Source: Eledone cirrhosa | Taxonomy: Eukaryota | Direction of reading: 5' to 3' | NCBI GenBank assembly: GCA_964016885.1 | Contig: OZ024743.1 | Span: forward strand, 259,656,001-259,720,000 | Length of the DNA stretch: 64,000 bases | Shown: positions 39,446 to 53,554 of the stretch, one piece after another | How the letters are laid out: the number at the start of each line of letters is the position of its first letter | How positions within the stretch are numbered: the first letter of the stretch is position 1 | The notes under the pieces: model-generated | Told to the model about the DNA's origin: nothing | The model's database searches: none | What the model saw: the letters and a program-made list of their open reading frames with translations, nothing else | Translations under genes and position numbers: made by a program

Positions 39446-40074
39446 ATTACATAATTAGTTAATCAATAAAGATATTAAGGCAAACACAAACAGGGAAATA
39501 TAGAAAAAATATTTTATTCAGAGCCTGTGACCTAGGTATTATTGTTGTTGCAGACCATCCCCGAATTCTTGCATGCGCGCGTACATTCACACCCATGTTC
39601 CTATTGCTCTGTTACGGTCAGAAACACACAATATTAAAGCTTGTACAGTTCAACAACAAACATGCACACACCTCTACATTACCCTCACAGCTCTGTAGGG
39701 GCCAACAACTATCACACACACACATCCTCACAGCTTTGTAATTACAACAAAACATGCGAGCACGCTCACACACAAGCACATATTTTAAACATATACATTA
39801 CACACACATAACCTTTTAGCTTCGTATGAATAAACAACAAATAGATGTACACCCTCTATATACCAAACGATTTTCCTTTTCAGCTAGAAGCGTTCGATCG
39901 CCGCCTTTTAAAACAAGGCCAACTGATTTTATTTTACACCAACGGGAGAATCAACAGTTTTCCAAAAAATGGCAATTTAAATAGACAGGCTTTTTCTCAA
40001 TGAATTTTTTTTCGTTTCTGCCACTCACCACTCTTCTTTTTCTTTCTATTTATTTTTTAATTTCTCATTGTGTT

Positions 40075-40108
40075 TTGTGATGAAGGACTAGCGTCCAAAA
40101 CGTTTAGA
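40075..40108 (+). ncRNA. Degenerate minimal hammerhead
   Basis: GTGATGA-A-GGAC-TAGC-GTCC-AAAAC-GT with core C3 and G12 mutated, followed by AATAAA. Confidence 0.45.
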
Positions 40109-40200
40109 CTCTTTTCCCACTATATCAAGCGTAATAAAGCGTATTTCTTCATTTTATTCTGTCATTTGCTTTGTTATTACTGTTTGCCATTTGCATATTT

Positions 40201-40258
<58 letters not shown>

Positions 40259-40772
40259 CTAATTATCTTTGAAAGATTATGTGTAGTTAGTTAATCAGAA
40301 GAAGTATTTTTTACCATTACTACAGCTTTTTAAACGATTTCGACTTATATAGAAAGTTATGCCCAATGCTATACGTGACCGTCGTCACTTACACTCTGCT
40401 GCCTGTTGGACTCGGCCATTCAAATTAAATAGCAATCAAAAGCGATATTTCCTCATTGAAACGTTACTACTAAATTAGTGATTAAGATTTACAACGAGAC
40501 ACTCGTAGTCACTCTCGGCTAATCTAGTCTTTCTTCTAAGAAGCTAATATATATTTCCCTGTCTTTCTTTCCTTCTTTTCACTTCCAAGATTCTATATAT
40601 TTATACCTCTAGGTGAATATCGATCTTTTAAACAGAAAATAAAAGAGCTTCCATCCATTTTAATAGGCTTAATACTGCATTTTGTTTTTGCAAGATAATT
40701 GTTATTTTTACTAACATTACACAACGGTATTTGGTTACTATGATATCATTATATTTTCCGCATTAAAAATGA

Positions 40773-41080
40773 AGGCGCGTAGCTTAGCTGTTAGTGTATT
40801 TGGCTCGTCCATCGTAAGGTCATGACTTCGATCCTCGAGTCCGACAACGTGTTATATACTGAGCAAGACATTTTATTTTGCCTTGCTTCATTTCACTCCG
40901 CTCGCGAAAATGAGTTGTACCTGTAGTTCAAAGCACCACTGAATCTCCATGAGAATTAGTTTAAGTGAACACGAGCTTGGAGAATGCTCAGTTGCTTGCA
41001 CGTTAGTTTCAGGGGCAGACTGATCTGTTGGTCAAAACAACTGGAACACACGTCCTCGGAAATGACGGGGTTCCAGCACA
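40773..41080 (+). mobile_element. tRNA-derived CORE-like SINE (second family)
   Basis: GGCGCGTAGCTTAG..GGTCATGACTTCGATCC head, TGAGCAAGACATTTTATTT..TTCACTC..AAAATGAGT core. Confidence 0.7.
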
Positions 41081-41147
41081 TACATAATGTTTAATAAGAA
41101 TGAAAACAGCAATAAAACATGAGTAAGGGAGAGAGAGAGAGAGAGAG

Positions 41148-41322
<175 letters not shown>

Positions 41323-42411
41323 TTATTATCTAATTATAATTTAAAATCTCACTACCTATTAATTCTAAACTACTGTTTGCTAACTTATCGTATGAAATAT
41401 TGTTTTCGCATTCTCTAGCACGATTTTTCTATGTTAAATTGTATAACTAGACATACATGAAGACAGACTGCATACGTTATTTTATTTCGCCACCCTAGTA
41501 ACAGCTGGCAACATAAACAGATATGATGGTGCATTCGCCAAGGAAATATGTATAATCTCATGATAGAATTTGAATATGTAATACATATAAAAATATATAT
41601 CGTTTTATGAAGCGAATATTTACTATCTAGATTAGTCATCCCTCTAATTCAAGCAGCTATTTTATTGCATGGACCCGTAATTCCTGGTGGAGTTGTGGGC
41701 GCTCCATATTAACATACGGCGTTTCTTGGGCCTTTTACAACCTGGTGGTGCATATTTCCTCTCCAGGCCTTAACACCGCTGATTTCCTCTAGAGAAAGAG
41801 AAAATTGTAAAATGCACAATAATTACTGTTTCATTAGGCATAACATTACAGCACTTCAACCGGTGGCTCACCATGAAATACATCATAAACAAAAGATGAA
41901 ACTTGACAGCAAAACATTAGTAAACAACACATGTGTTATACACAGAATACTCCACGAAGCTAAAGGATTAATGATGGAATAAATATATGATAAAAAAGTG
42001 ATAGTAAAACACTCATACCTTACACCTCTCAAACAAAAACAATTTTCTTACGGTGAAAAGAAAACAATAAAATTGTCAGCTGTCAGTAATACGTGTGACC
42101 ACTACAAAAGAACCCATCCCATTGGCCTTGGCAACTATATAAAACAGTAATAACATACAACAACGTCAACCCCTCCGTCGATAAGACGAGTCTCTTGTGG
42201 TCTACATAGCTTCACTGCAGTCAAGAAATTTACATTGCCAAACCAGAAATATTCAGAAAGTATAAAATTAGAAGTCATGTTTTCCATATATGTTTCGCGA
42301 AAACCTGTTCCCGTATGTACATACATACATTCACATACACGCACACACACAGACATACACAAATATACACAGAAGTGTGTATATATACATTTATATGCAT
42401 ATATATATATA

Positions 42412-42506
<95 letters not shown>

Positions 42507-42645
42507 TCGTTTTGTTTCTAGCGGTAGCAGAAAGATTCGACATTTGTTTCAGAGTTATTGCTCCTTGTCAAGATTGTGTATATCTCCTTTTTCTGCTACA
42601 CATGAGAACTCATGAGACTAGTATAGTTTTTTTCTAAAGTTTTCA

Positions 42646-42863
42646 TCGGTTGATTAGCCTAATTTGCATACCGAGCGATTTTACGGCTGTTTTTTTGCGA
42701 ATCGAATATTAATAATATTATTATAATATTATTATTATTCGAAATTAAACTCAGGAATGCATTTACGTATCCGCCATGTTAGTGCGAAAACAAATTTTGA
42801 TTTTAATTTTCAGCAAAGCCAGCCGTAAAATCTCTCGGTTTGAAAATTAGGCTAATCAGCCGA
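42646..42863. mobile_element. MITE with ~44 bp imperfect terminal inverted repeats
   Basis: TCGGTTGATTAGCCTAATTTGCATACCGAGCGATTTTACGGCTG / CAGCCGTAAAATCTCTCGGTTTGAAAATTAGGCTAATCAGCCGA. Confidence 0.75.
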
Positions 42864-42999
42864 GGTATAGTTATTATTTCCAAAGTGCAAAGAAAGTGAC
42901 TGTGCCCATGATATTTTCAGTGTCTTTTCCCCGAGACCCATAAGCTTGGTGCTGTTAATGTTCAGTTTAAATTGTTGTTGACTGGTACATAAAAGTCAA

Positions 43000-43390
43000 A
43001 TGGAAAGAAATCATTCTCGACAAACAATGTGCTGGGGAGGAAGGACTGAGTGCAGTGGTTAGTGTAAGGACTGGATAGTTGGGCACAATATAGATGATGA
43101 GAGGAATAAAGATCAATGAGGAAGGAATGCCTGAGTGAAAATGGGATGAGGTCAGCCAGAACTGAGTAGTAGATACCTTAGTAGTAGCGGTAGAAATGTG
43201 GGTCAGAGGCTGGAGTATGTCTGTGAGTGACTTTATGCTGCTAAGAAAAGGCACATTTTTTCCAGATATGGTTAAAGTTTTATGTACCTGTATTCCTGAT
43301 ATATGAGCATTACTCCAGTGTGGGTTTTACCTGAGCATTTAGAGGATCAGAATGTGTTGGGCAGTGACGAGAAGGACCAGTCTGTTGAAC
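43000..43390 (-). mobile_element. Degraded 3' end of a CR1/Jockey-group LINE
   Basis: Across frames: LTDILQPLTH..FYRYY*G....LADLIP...SFLPST. Confidence 0.5.
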
Positions 43391-43613
43391 GCACGTTACG
43401 AGATATGGATATAAACGTATTTCAAATAATATATCTATGCAGTTTTACAATTATTATTTTCCAACAAATTGTCCACTGACTGAGTCATAATTTTATCATC
43501 CATGTATCATCGGAAACGACTGCTGGTATATATATATATGTGTGTGTATATATATATATAATTTGTATATATTATGCATATAATATAGATATAGATAATG
43601 AAATCGATGCACT

Positions 43614-43678
<65 letters not shown>

Positions 43679-43684
43679 ATATAA

Positions 43685-43746
<62 letters not shown>

Positions 43747-44679
43747 ACACAAAAAGAGAGAGATGAGCGGTAGAAAGAGAAATAGTTAGGTAGTGTTTTG
43801 AGAAAACAGGCGCAAAAACCATACATCAGCCATAAAAATAAACGTGTGTCCGATTGTTTAAATCTGGTTTTGAATGGGAGTACGGAACAATGACACCCTT
43901 TCTCTCAATATATATTTGGAAAATATTTATTTAATTTTCAAAATGCAATAAATCAGTTTAATGTTTCTCTATTGTCAGATTAATAAGACTATTCTCGTAG
44001 ATATATCATCAATATTCTTTCAATTGCGACTCTCGTATATCTCACAATTTATGTTATATATCAATAAATGATATAGGGTTTGTGGGGAATGTTAAAAAAC
44101 GATAGATGTATGATTAATTCCTTATTATAATGGTATCTATATAGAAATTCATTTATTTGCATCTTGTTATTCTTGTATTGGTGTCAGGCATTAGAGAGCG
44201 GCTATGATGGGGCACTGTAAATATTTTATCAAAATTTGACAAAACGTAGTCACACTAAGCAGCCAAATCACATACATAATGGAATTGGACACTATAGTTC
44301 TTGGTGTACAAAACGACGGATTAGGCACGACTGGAACGTCTTTTAGCACAAGTTTGTCAGGACTGAATGTTCTGGAATTATATATCCAAATCAGGTTTAC
44401 GTCCAGCGAACGAGGGAAGGTGACAACTCCGATGTTTCATTGACTGAGTAGTCTATATCTCCTATTTCATCATTGATTTACTTTAGTTAAGTTAAAGTAG
44501 AGTCTACACCACCACATGGTTAGAGTAATCGCTAGAAATAACAGCAGTGTACCTCTCGAAATACACTCTACCGTCTTTACATAGAGAAGGCAAATATCGG
44601 ATAGTATAGTCCGGCATAGCTAATGTCGACAAGAATGAATTGTAGCTAAAGAACTACAACACTAACTGTCTACCTATAA

Positions 44680-45050
44680 CCAGTTTGTTTCTACCAGTAG
44701 CCGACAATCAAGGCTTTTCCTGAAGTTTTCCTATCACAGTCTCAAAGATGCCATCATTGATGCTTTTCATCCAACGCTGAGGTAATAGTTCGTTCGGATC
44801 TCTTTCAACCACGCTGTATCTTTGTTAAACTGCTTTTCTCCGCCCCACATTTATCGATTTTTCCTCGTATTTCTGATGTTTGATTTCGGCTGAATCTTTT
44901 ATTAATGGTTTTCCTTTCAGCCACTCTCTTCTAATATCAGAGTTTCTCGATGACAGCTCTCAATTCTTGGTTGAGGGTGATCAACTTGTATTGATGAGTT
45001 CGGCTTGTACTGTCTGCAAACATCATTTCTATTTTATTTTTCACTTTTTT
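44680..45050 (-). mobile_element. Degraded R4/NeSL-like LINE fragment (pre-RT region)
   Basis: LNQELRAVIEKL..KRVAERKTINKRFSRN, MWGGEKQFNKDTAWLKEI and IVGYW*K align by eye to LKQRIVAKSAKIRRY..NRMF, IWEQDVKHNDQAVWIETV and VQGYWIK of the 53631 ORF. Confidence 0.6.
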
Positions 45051-46937
45051 GCTGGTGAGGAGTGTAGATTTTTTGTGTTTGTTTACACGTGACAAGCATT
45101 GTCATATGGTCGATAGCTTTTCGTTGGTTAGCGATCTTTTTTTCTACTTTTGAAATATGCGATGATATTTCTGTGTTGTTTCGTTTCTGTAAACTACTCT
45201 ATTATCATCAATAATGTTTTATTGTCGATGCTTGGGTATATATACAAGCGTTAATTTGCACATATGTCGGGTCTATAATTTGTCGTAAATATATTCCCCT
45301 CCGATTTCGTCGATGGCACGCAGAATTTCTTTATTCGTTTTTTTTTTGTTTAATATTGTCGTTTCATGTCTTTTTTGGAGAGAAAGATTTAAACATACAT
45401 TATTCTCTGTTTGGAATGTATGTATGTACGTACCTGTAAAACCAGGTGGAGATGTAAGGGAGCCGTCATGACATACGGTGTTTCGTGGGCATTTTTCAAA
45501 CCTGGCGGAGCACATCTCTCAAGCTTTGAACACGGCAGATTTCATTCAGGGAGGGGGAGAGAGAGGAATTGTGAAAGAGATATAGAGAAAGAATCGACCC
45601 CAGTGCAGAACTGGCATTTTATTTACTGACATCGAATGGACGAAAGGTAAAGCTGACGTTGTCAGGATTTGAAATCAGAAGGTAGAGAAACAAAATAAAT
45701 ATCACCTTCTAACGTCTCTGCCAATCCACCGCCTCCAGTGACTTGTACACACACATAATTTATGTTCTAAAGGTCAAACTTGCAACAGGTTTCTCGATAT
45801 ATTGCTTATATCACAATAGATAGTAGACAGTATAAAGTATAAATAACGGAGAAAATAAATATCTTTAACAGACTCGTATGAATACGTAAAAGTACTATTT
45901 ATTTGGAAAAGTATTTCATCTGCTATGCCCTTTAAAAAGATGCCGTGCAGTGGCTACGAATATAAATTACTATTATACTTTGTTTAAAGAACTGAGTTAC
46001 TATTTCGTCATAATTACAATGATGAACATTTAGCAAAGTACTGGATCCAAAGTATGACTGAAGAAAATATATACCAAGAGGCAAGTCAGTTTAAAAGAAG
46101 GGAAAAGATCTGATCATCAAGCCGACTTAGAAAACATTATTTCAGTCCATATTTTTCATTGCTTATGCTATCTGCCACTGGCAACTCCTGACAGAAGGAA
46201 GCAGGATCTAAACAAAATACATGCAAATCCAAGAGAGATACCACAAAACATTCCATCCGACTCTTTAATAATTCTACCAATCCCTGCTCCTGGGTTCTTA
46301 TTTTATTTCCTAAATCTACTGACAGAACTGGAAGCTGCTTATAAAGTATTTATTGCAGCATTTGCAAAATCTCTTGGATATACAACCATTTGTATAGTTT
46401 CTATATAGGCATGAATTTATTACTAATATTTACGGGAAACTTAAGTGGATATGTAATATCCATCTGGCTAACCAGACACTGTTGTTGAATTTTTCTGAAC
46501 ATATATATATATAAGATTGGGCCATCACTACATAAGTGGACCGTCAACGTCGAGGCAGTTAATATAAGCGATTAGAACAACCTATTTATGTAACACAGTT
46601 GATATATACAGAAGTTGGTTTTAGTTAAACTATCATACCGTCGATATTATGAGTCTTGGGATTTAAATGAGGAAGGAAGTTTATGTTTTAAGAAAATATC
46701 ATTAATATATTGAGCATATCTACTAACATTTAATGGCTGTCAGGTTAGTGTGGTGCTGACTATAATGATGTGTAACAGTTGTTCCTAGCTGGAACAAAAT
46801 TCAGTAGAAATACGTTCAGTACTACTCTATGGTCAACCTACATGAAGAAAATGTCAAAACTGCATCTGGAAGTGTAACGCTTTATCTCCAGATGTAAGTA
46901 GAATATCTTTCTAGTTCATATAAGACTAAATTAAAAT

Positions 46938-47124
46938 TGTTTCTACTTTTGGCACAAGGCGAGCAATTACCCAGTACATTACTGGTACTTTATTTTATCG
47001 ACCCCGTAAGGATGAAAGGCAAAGTTAATCTCGGCGGGATTTGAACTTAGTCCGTAAGGGGGCGTAACTATGCTGCAAAGCATAGCGTCCGACCCTCTAT
47101 CGATACTGCCAATCCACCGCCCTT
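46938..47124 (-). mobile_element. Full-length tRNA-derived SINE with 15 bp TSD
   Basis: AGACTAAATTAAAAT at 46923-46937 and 47125-47139. Intact A-box, B-box, core and tail. Confidence 0.92.
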
Positions 47125-48596
47125 AGACTAAATTAAAATACTATCTAACTGTTTATGGAAGCTCCATTCAAGACTCTTCGTGATAAGTGCGTATGAATGT
47201 GGTAGTGTGCTTTTCTACAGGCGATATTGTGATGCCGATTTTATCCACGTCCACAGGAGTGAATTTACTTCTCTTGTTCGTCGTACATTCGCACCTGCCT
47301 ACTTCAGTAAATTGTGTGAGGAGAATTCAGCTCTCGCTCGATTTCATTTCCTTGTTCTGCACACCTTCGATGTCTCTGCTGTTGTGTGATTAAGAATTAG
47401 CTCTTCCAGTGTTATAATTTCAACAAACCTATGAAGGTAATAACTTGACAGGCATTAAGTGATGTTATTACTTAACCAGTGTTGTGCAGAATTCATGGAA
47501 AAATGTATCCCACTTTGAATATCACACTCTACTATGCTGTCACCCACTATAATGAGTTGATTTGTTTCCAGCAATTAAATTTATCTTTAAATTATATATA
47601 CTGTTCTTGCGCAATCAAATTTTGTGAAATACTGAATAGTTTTATCTGTTCTCTGCCATGTGATATATATTTTCTGTCAGAAGTATGAAGTAATGCATGA
47701 TATATAACTGTTTCGTTAGATTTAAGGATGAATGTAATCTTCATATAGATATCAACAACACTTCTGATATTTAAAGTCATGTCTATAGAACATAGATTCT
47801 GTATTGAACACTACCTCACTTAGATGAACTCAACAGCAGCACGTCAGGGCAACTTTCATTAGGTTAACCAAGCAGCGAACTATGTGTGTCTCAACTATAC
47901 AGGGTCAGATTGCTGCATAGGAGTCGAATATCTCTCTAGCTATCAATAATGGTGTTCAGAGGAAAATAGATAATATTTGTCCATCTACGGACCTTTAACT
48001 CGTGATAGATTCATAAAGGCGCCATCGTGACATTAAACGTGTCTTTGGCATTTAAATCTAATGAGCTCATCTCTCACCATGTATTTATTCATGACAATTA
48101 GGAGAGGAGATAGAGAAAGAGCAAGACAAATATATAGAAAAATAATTTACAACAGTATCGAGCAGGTATTTATTTATGGATCTCAAAAGATAAGAGGTAA
48201 AGTTGATCTCAGCAGAGAACAATGAGCCGGCACGAATATCGCAAAACATTCTATATGTCGTTTTATTAAATATGTCATTTCGCCACATCCTATTATTTGT
48301 AGGTTTGGGAAAATATATACTAATATTATTCAATACACATAGAGATCGAAGAGAATATATTATCTTTAATTTATAACAACAATCAATTATTGTGTGTTTT
48401 CAGAATTTGCTTTTTTTACTTGGTAGGGCTATAAGAATAAGCAATGCCCATGACATTCACACTTCCTTTAAGACAGGAGAGATTGATGCCATTGATGTTG
48501 TAATAGAATGGTATATATATATATATATGATAGTGCGCATACTTAAATATGGAATGATACGCGATGCCCCCCCCCCACACACACACACACACACAC

Positions 48597-49060
48597 AGCC
48601 CCGGCGGACAGGATGGACAAGGCGTTTCCCCGGAGGACGACAAGGGAGACGCGCTGGAAAAGCCACTCCAACTCGCGGGGTTCACACCTGCGGCTGGCCA
48701 GCTCAGCGTCTATGGTGGTGAGTAGGGAGGTGGCCCTAGGGCCGAGGACACCAGAAGTCTCCACTGCCAGGGGTACAACCGCAAACCTGTCGGCGAGCGA
48801 CCGGTATTTGAGGAGTTTGGCCTCCTCAGCCCGACGTGCTGGGTTAGTCGCAGACTGCACCAGGTTGCGGCTGCAGAAAGTGTCGGTGCAAGTAGCATCC
48901 CAGACAAGGGGTTTGCCACCGCGGAACGGGAAGATGGTCATGCCATCTGGCCTTTTGCCGGCCCCTCGATCCAGCCCCACCAGCTCGAACTGGGAAGGGA
49001 AGCCCGCAGCGTCCAAGCCATGCTTTATGACCTCGTTGAGGGCAACATGGCGTGTAATGT
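48597..49060 (-). mobile_element. CRE-clade non-LTR retrotransposon 3' fragment (restriction-like endonuclease)
   Basis: RH..LNEVIK..RPDG..WDATC.D..E..K..KY..PLAVETSG..G..QRVS...RGNA. Ends directly in (TG)n. Confidence 0.85.
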
Positions 49061-49470
49061 TGATGTAACTCATTTTCTGTCTAATGTGTGATGTAGCTAA
49101 TGTTCTATCTAATGTGTGATGTAGCTAAGGATCTGTTTAATATGTGATGTAGCTAATTTTCCGTCTAATGTGTGATGTAGCTAATGATCTGTCTATGTGA
49201 TGTAGCTAATGATCTGTTTAATATGTGATGTAGCTAATTTTCCGTCTGTGTGATGTAGCTAATGATCTGTTTAATATATGATGTAGCTAATTTTCCGTCT
49301 AATGTGTGATGTAGCTAGTATTCTGTGTAATGTGTGATGTAGCTAATGTTCTGTCTAATGTGTGATATATTTGATGTACTGTCTAATGTGTGATGTAGCT
49401 AATTTACTGTTTAATGTGTGATGTAGCTAATTTACTGTTTAATGTGTGATGTAGCAAGTGTTTTGTCTAG
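49060..49470. repeat. ~30 bp minisatellite, about 13 units
   Basis: TCTGTCTAATGTGTGATGTAGCTAATG-like units in tandem. Confidence 0.9.
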
Positions 49471-50123
49471 TTTCTTATGTTGAAATGCAATTAGAATAAA
49501 ATGTAATATTTTTTCATTACTATGTCACCAAAGACTGGTTTTACAATCCTCTATATCACATTACTGACTACAACATATCTTTCTAAGCTATTAAATGTAG
49601 AAAGCGTCGCAATTGTTAATTTACATGGAGAGGTAACTGTAATACATGTGCTTTAACAAGAATGAAAATCACAGAATTAAATCGCCTCCGCATTAGTCTA
49701 CTCAACAACATTTGCCGTAATTTAGATTTGAAATATGGCAGTAGACATTAACATTAGCGTTTTGCAACTTTGTTTTTACTTATTTCAGCATAATATTTAT
49801 GCAAGGGTGGATAACAGAGAAAGTAAATAATCAAAAAGGAACATTTATCACGGAGATTTATTGAATAATTTTCACAGATTTTAGTCTATGAAATAAATTT
49901 TACAAATAATCGATCAATAAATGTATGACATTGCTGTGTCTGTTAGCCATTAATTGGAGTATTCTACTATGTAAAATTTAATAATTATTTGATATGCCAG
50001 AAATGCTTCTATTGATATAATGGTATGTGAATAATAAAATATAGACTTTCTGGTTAATAAGAAATATCTATAACTCACCTTACTAATCCACGTTTGATCT
50101 TGTATGAATTAAAAATATAAAAA

Positions 50124-50175
<52 letters not shown>

Positions 50176-50327
50176 GTGTGTGTGTGTGTGTACATGTATA
50201 GAAGTAGAAGGTTAGAAAAATCGAAGTTATGGTGGTAATATTTAATATAGAAATATATTAAATATTTATACTCTACTATGTATTGAGTAACTTACTTACT
50301 GAGGTTACCCCGATTGAACCCGGGATA

Positions 50328-50418
<91 letters not shown>

Positions 50419-50856
50419 GTGTGAGTGTGTGTGAGAAAGAGGACTCGCTCGGACGCTTCTGGTAATATGTACGCCAGTACAATCTGTCACGTAGTCGGAT
50501 CAAGGGTGACTAAAACGGCAACCTCACCAAGATTGCTTAATGAGCAGAGGGATTTGGGGACACCCAGCTGGATGAAAAATAAATCCCGCCTAAGGACGGA
50601 GGAAATCGAGAGAGACATGCCCTTGGTTGGCAGTTTGCGTAGCAGAATGGTCTCGCTGATTTCAAAACCGGGGTAAATGGGACTGCTTAGTTAATGAGGT
50701 GACAAACTTTCAAGTGACCAACCTCTTCATTTTTGTAATGAATAATTGTTGGATGCGGATATGGGACCCACCAATGTCATTTTTATACTGATAAGAATCA
50801 TGATCATATAGATCGTTCATCGTGTTTGATATATATATATATATAATATATATATA

Positions 50857-52958
50857 TAACGAAGGAAATGTGGTAAGGAACCAGATGGACCATAACGCAC
50901 CAAAGTACTCAATACTTAAGGTAGTAGGATGGGTAATAGGAACAAGTAAGACCCCGACGTCAGAGCTCAAGCCGTTTCGACGGCTAATTCTGGACTAACT
51001 AATAATTTTTAGCCTGGTAAATAAATAGCCGAACTTCTCAGGGGTAATTCCATATATGGGAAGATAGTAATTGTCAAAAGGATTGGTCAAAAATTTGTTG
51101 TAAAGACAGTTGATTCTATCATGGCATTTAGTGGAAGGTAGGGTAGCTGAACTTGCCGGTAGAACCAAGAGGAAGTTTGGGAAGCTCAGTCAAGCGTTGA
51201 AAGTGAAATCTATACACCAGATTCTAAGGATAGTGTTTAGAAGGTCGAAAAAGTGTACTGGAGAAGGGGAGGGTGGGGGTGGGGCGTTGAACAAATAGGT
51301 AAATTGTAAGGGATTAAACAAACAAGCCATTATAAAGATGAGGAGATAAATATATTAAAAAAAACAAATATATAAAAACAACAATTTCTTTTTACTATTC
51401 CATCCCCACAATCCCCAAATCTCTCATTGGTATTGTTAATCTATAGAAAAGTTTAATAGGTGGAGAAAAATGCTAAATACGGGATTGTAGTGAAAGCACT
51501 TTATAAAGCCATCTTTACAGGAGGTCTGACACCACTGCAATAGTTAGTAGTAAACAGCCAATGCTATCTTACAATGTCAGGTTAATAAATTGAGGACAAA
51601 CATACTTCAAAACTAATACGAAATATTAATTCAGAATGCTAATACATACTAATACCAAGAATACTAAAGCAAAAATACCACTAAGAATTATATAAAGCCA
51701 TCTTTACAGGGGGTCTGACACCACTGCAATAGATGGTAGTAATCCGCCAATGCTATCTTACAATGACAGGTTAATAAGTTGAGGACAAAAATACTAAAAA
51801 ACTAATACGAAATATTAATTCAGAATACTAATACAATAAATACTAATACAAGAATACCAATGCAGAAATACCACTAAGAAATTTAGAAATCACGGAAATG
51901 GAGCAGCAACCAGAAAGAAGGCAATTATCTGGGGTCTAACACATCTGCTATAAAAAGCGTAATCGGCCAATTCTATCTTAAAATTAGGGGGGGGGGGGTG
52001 ATGAGGCTACAGAGGACCAATGGGCCGCATCGGGGTGGGCGAAAAGTTGAAAAAAAAAAAGACGACAAGGAAGGAGATCTGGGGGTGGAAGGACTAGGAA
52101 AATATGGGGGGGGGGGGAGAAGGAACTATAGAGGAAAAGATAAAAAAATTATTAAAAAGTTACGTCTACCTTTGTAAGCAGGGTTACCCCTTACAAAGTC
52201 GGCAAGTGTGGTGTTTCAGCCCTTGTCTACCCCCTCGATTCATTATGGGGTTTGAGGGCGAGGTAAGTCCTACGCAATCTGTGTTTGCATGCAGTTAAAA
52301 GTTCGTCTTTCTTGTTTAGGAGATGGTCCTTCGAAAATAGCATTTGTAATGTTTCCCCCGAGCATAAATTACACGGACGGCGTCCTCCCGTGTAAGAGTT
52401 AGCTCTGGACAGTAAGTGTGCTTTCACTAAGTAAGTGTGCTTTCACTACAATCCCGTATTTAGCATTTTTCTCCACCTATTAAACTTTTCTATAGATTAA
52501 CAATACCAATGAGAGATTTGGGGATTGTGGGGATGGAATAGTAACCAGAAATTATGGTTTTTATATATTTGTTTTTTTTTATATATTTATCTCCTCATCT
52601 TTATAATGGCTTGTTTGTTTACTCCCTTACGATTTACCTATTTGTTCAACCCCCCACCCCACGCTCCCCTTCTCCAGTACACTTTTTTCGACCTTCTATA
52701 CACTATCCTTAGAATCTGGTGTATAGATTTCACTTTCAATGCTTGACTGAGCTTCCCAAACTTCCTCTTGGTTCTACCGGCAAGTTCAGCTACCCTACCT
52801 TCCACTAAATGCCATGATAGAATCAACTGTCTTTACAACAAATTTTTGACCAATCCTTTTGACAATTACTATCTTTACCAGGCTAAAAATTCTTAGTTAG
52901 TCCAGAATTAGCCGTCAAAACGACTTGAGCTCTGCCGTCGGGGTCTTACTTGTTCCTA
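50857..52958 (-). mobile_element. 5'-truncated PLE (GIY-YIG tail + long 3' UTR) with inverted pLTR
   Basis: ORF 52227-52427 (ANSY..CNLCSGE..LLNKKDELL.ACKH). 52441-52958 is an inverted copy of ~50936-51500. ~190 bp internal tandem at 51500-51880. Degenerate hammerhead at 50966-51044 (CTGAGAA-GTTCGGCTA...TAGCCGTC-GAAAC). Confidence 0.85.
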
Positions 52959-53095
52959 TATATATATATATCCGTTTAGTGATTAGTTCGCAAAAATTAG
53001 TACTCAATACGTGAGAAGAATATAGGCATGGTTATTTTATATAGAAATAGCGTCTGCAGGATTAGAAATGTTTCATTCTGTGCCTGTATATATAT

Positions 53096-53157
<62 letters not shown>

Positions 53158-53508
53158 GCGCGCATATATATGTATAAATATATATACATGAAGTAAAATA
53201 ATACTTCAAATCATTTTCTTAATTCCTACGTCGTTTCAGTTTTAACGAAATACAATTGCAAATATAAATAATGATGTTTGGATTAACAAATTAATTGATC
53301 TAATTAATAAACATTGTAATCACATATCTCTTCAGGATTTGGGTAAGGCATGTCCTAAAATACCAGGTAAAACAGGATATATATAAGTATGTATATATAT
53401 ATATATATATATATAGGGATTGTAACATCCAGTTACTCTAGGTTCTCCAGTGTGAGCACTTGATGCGTAGTTTCCAGTAAGCAGAGTGTAATAATAATAA
53501 TAATAATA

Positions 53509-53541
<33 letters not shown>

Positions 53542-53554
53542 GTTATTGTTATTA

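Noticed and set aside
46938-47124. tRNA genes at A/B-box sequences
   Set aside because: No cloverleaf. The boxes are SINE heads followed by core, tail and TSDs.
49060-49470. CRISPR-like array (also 19180-19350)
   Set aside because: Units are contiguous tandem repeats without unique spacers, there are no cas genes, and the context is eukaryotic.
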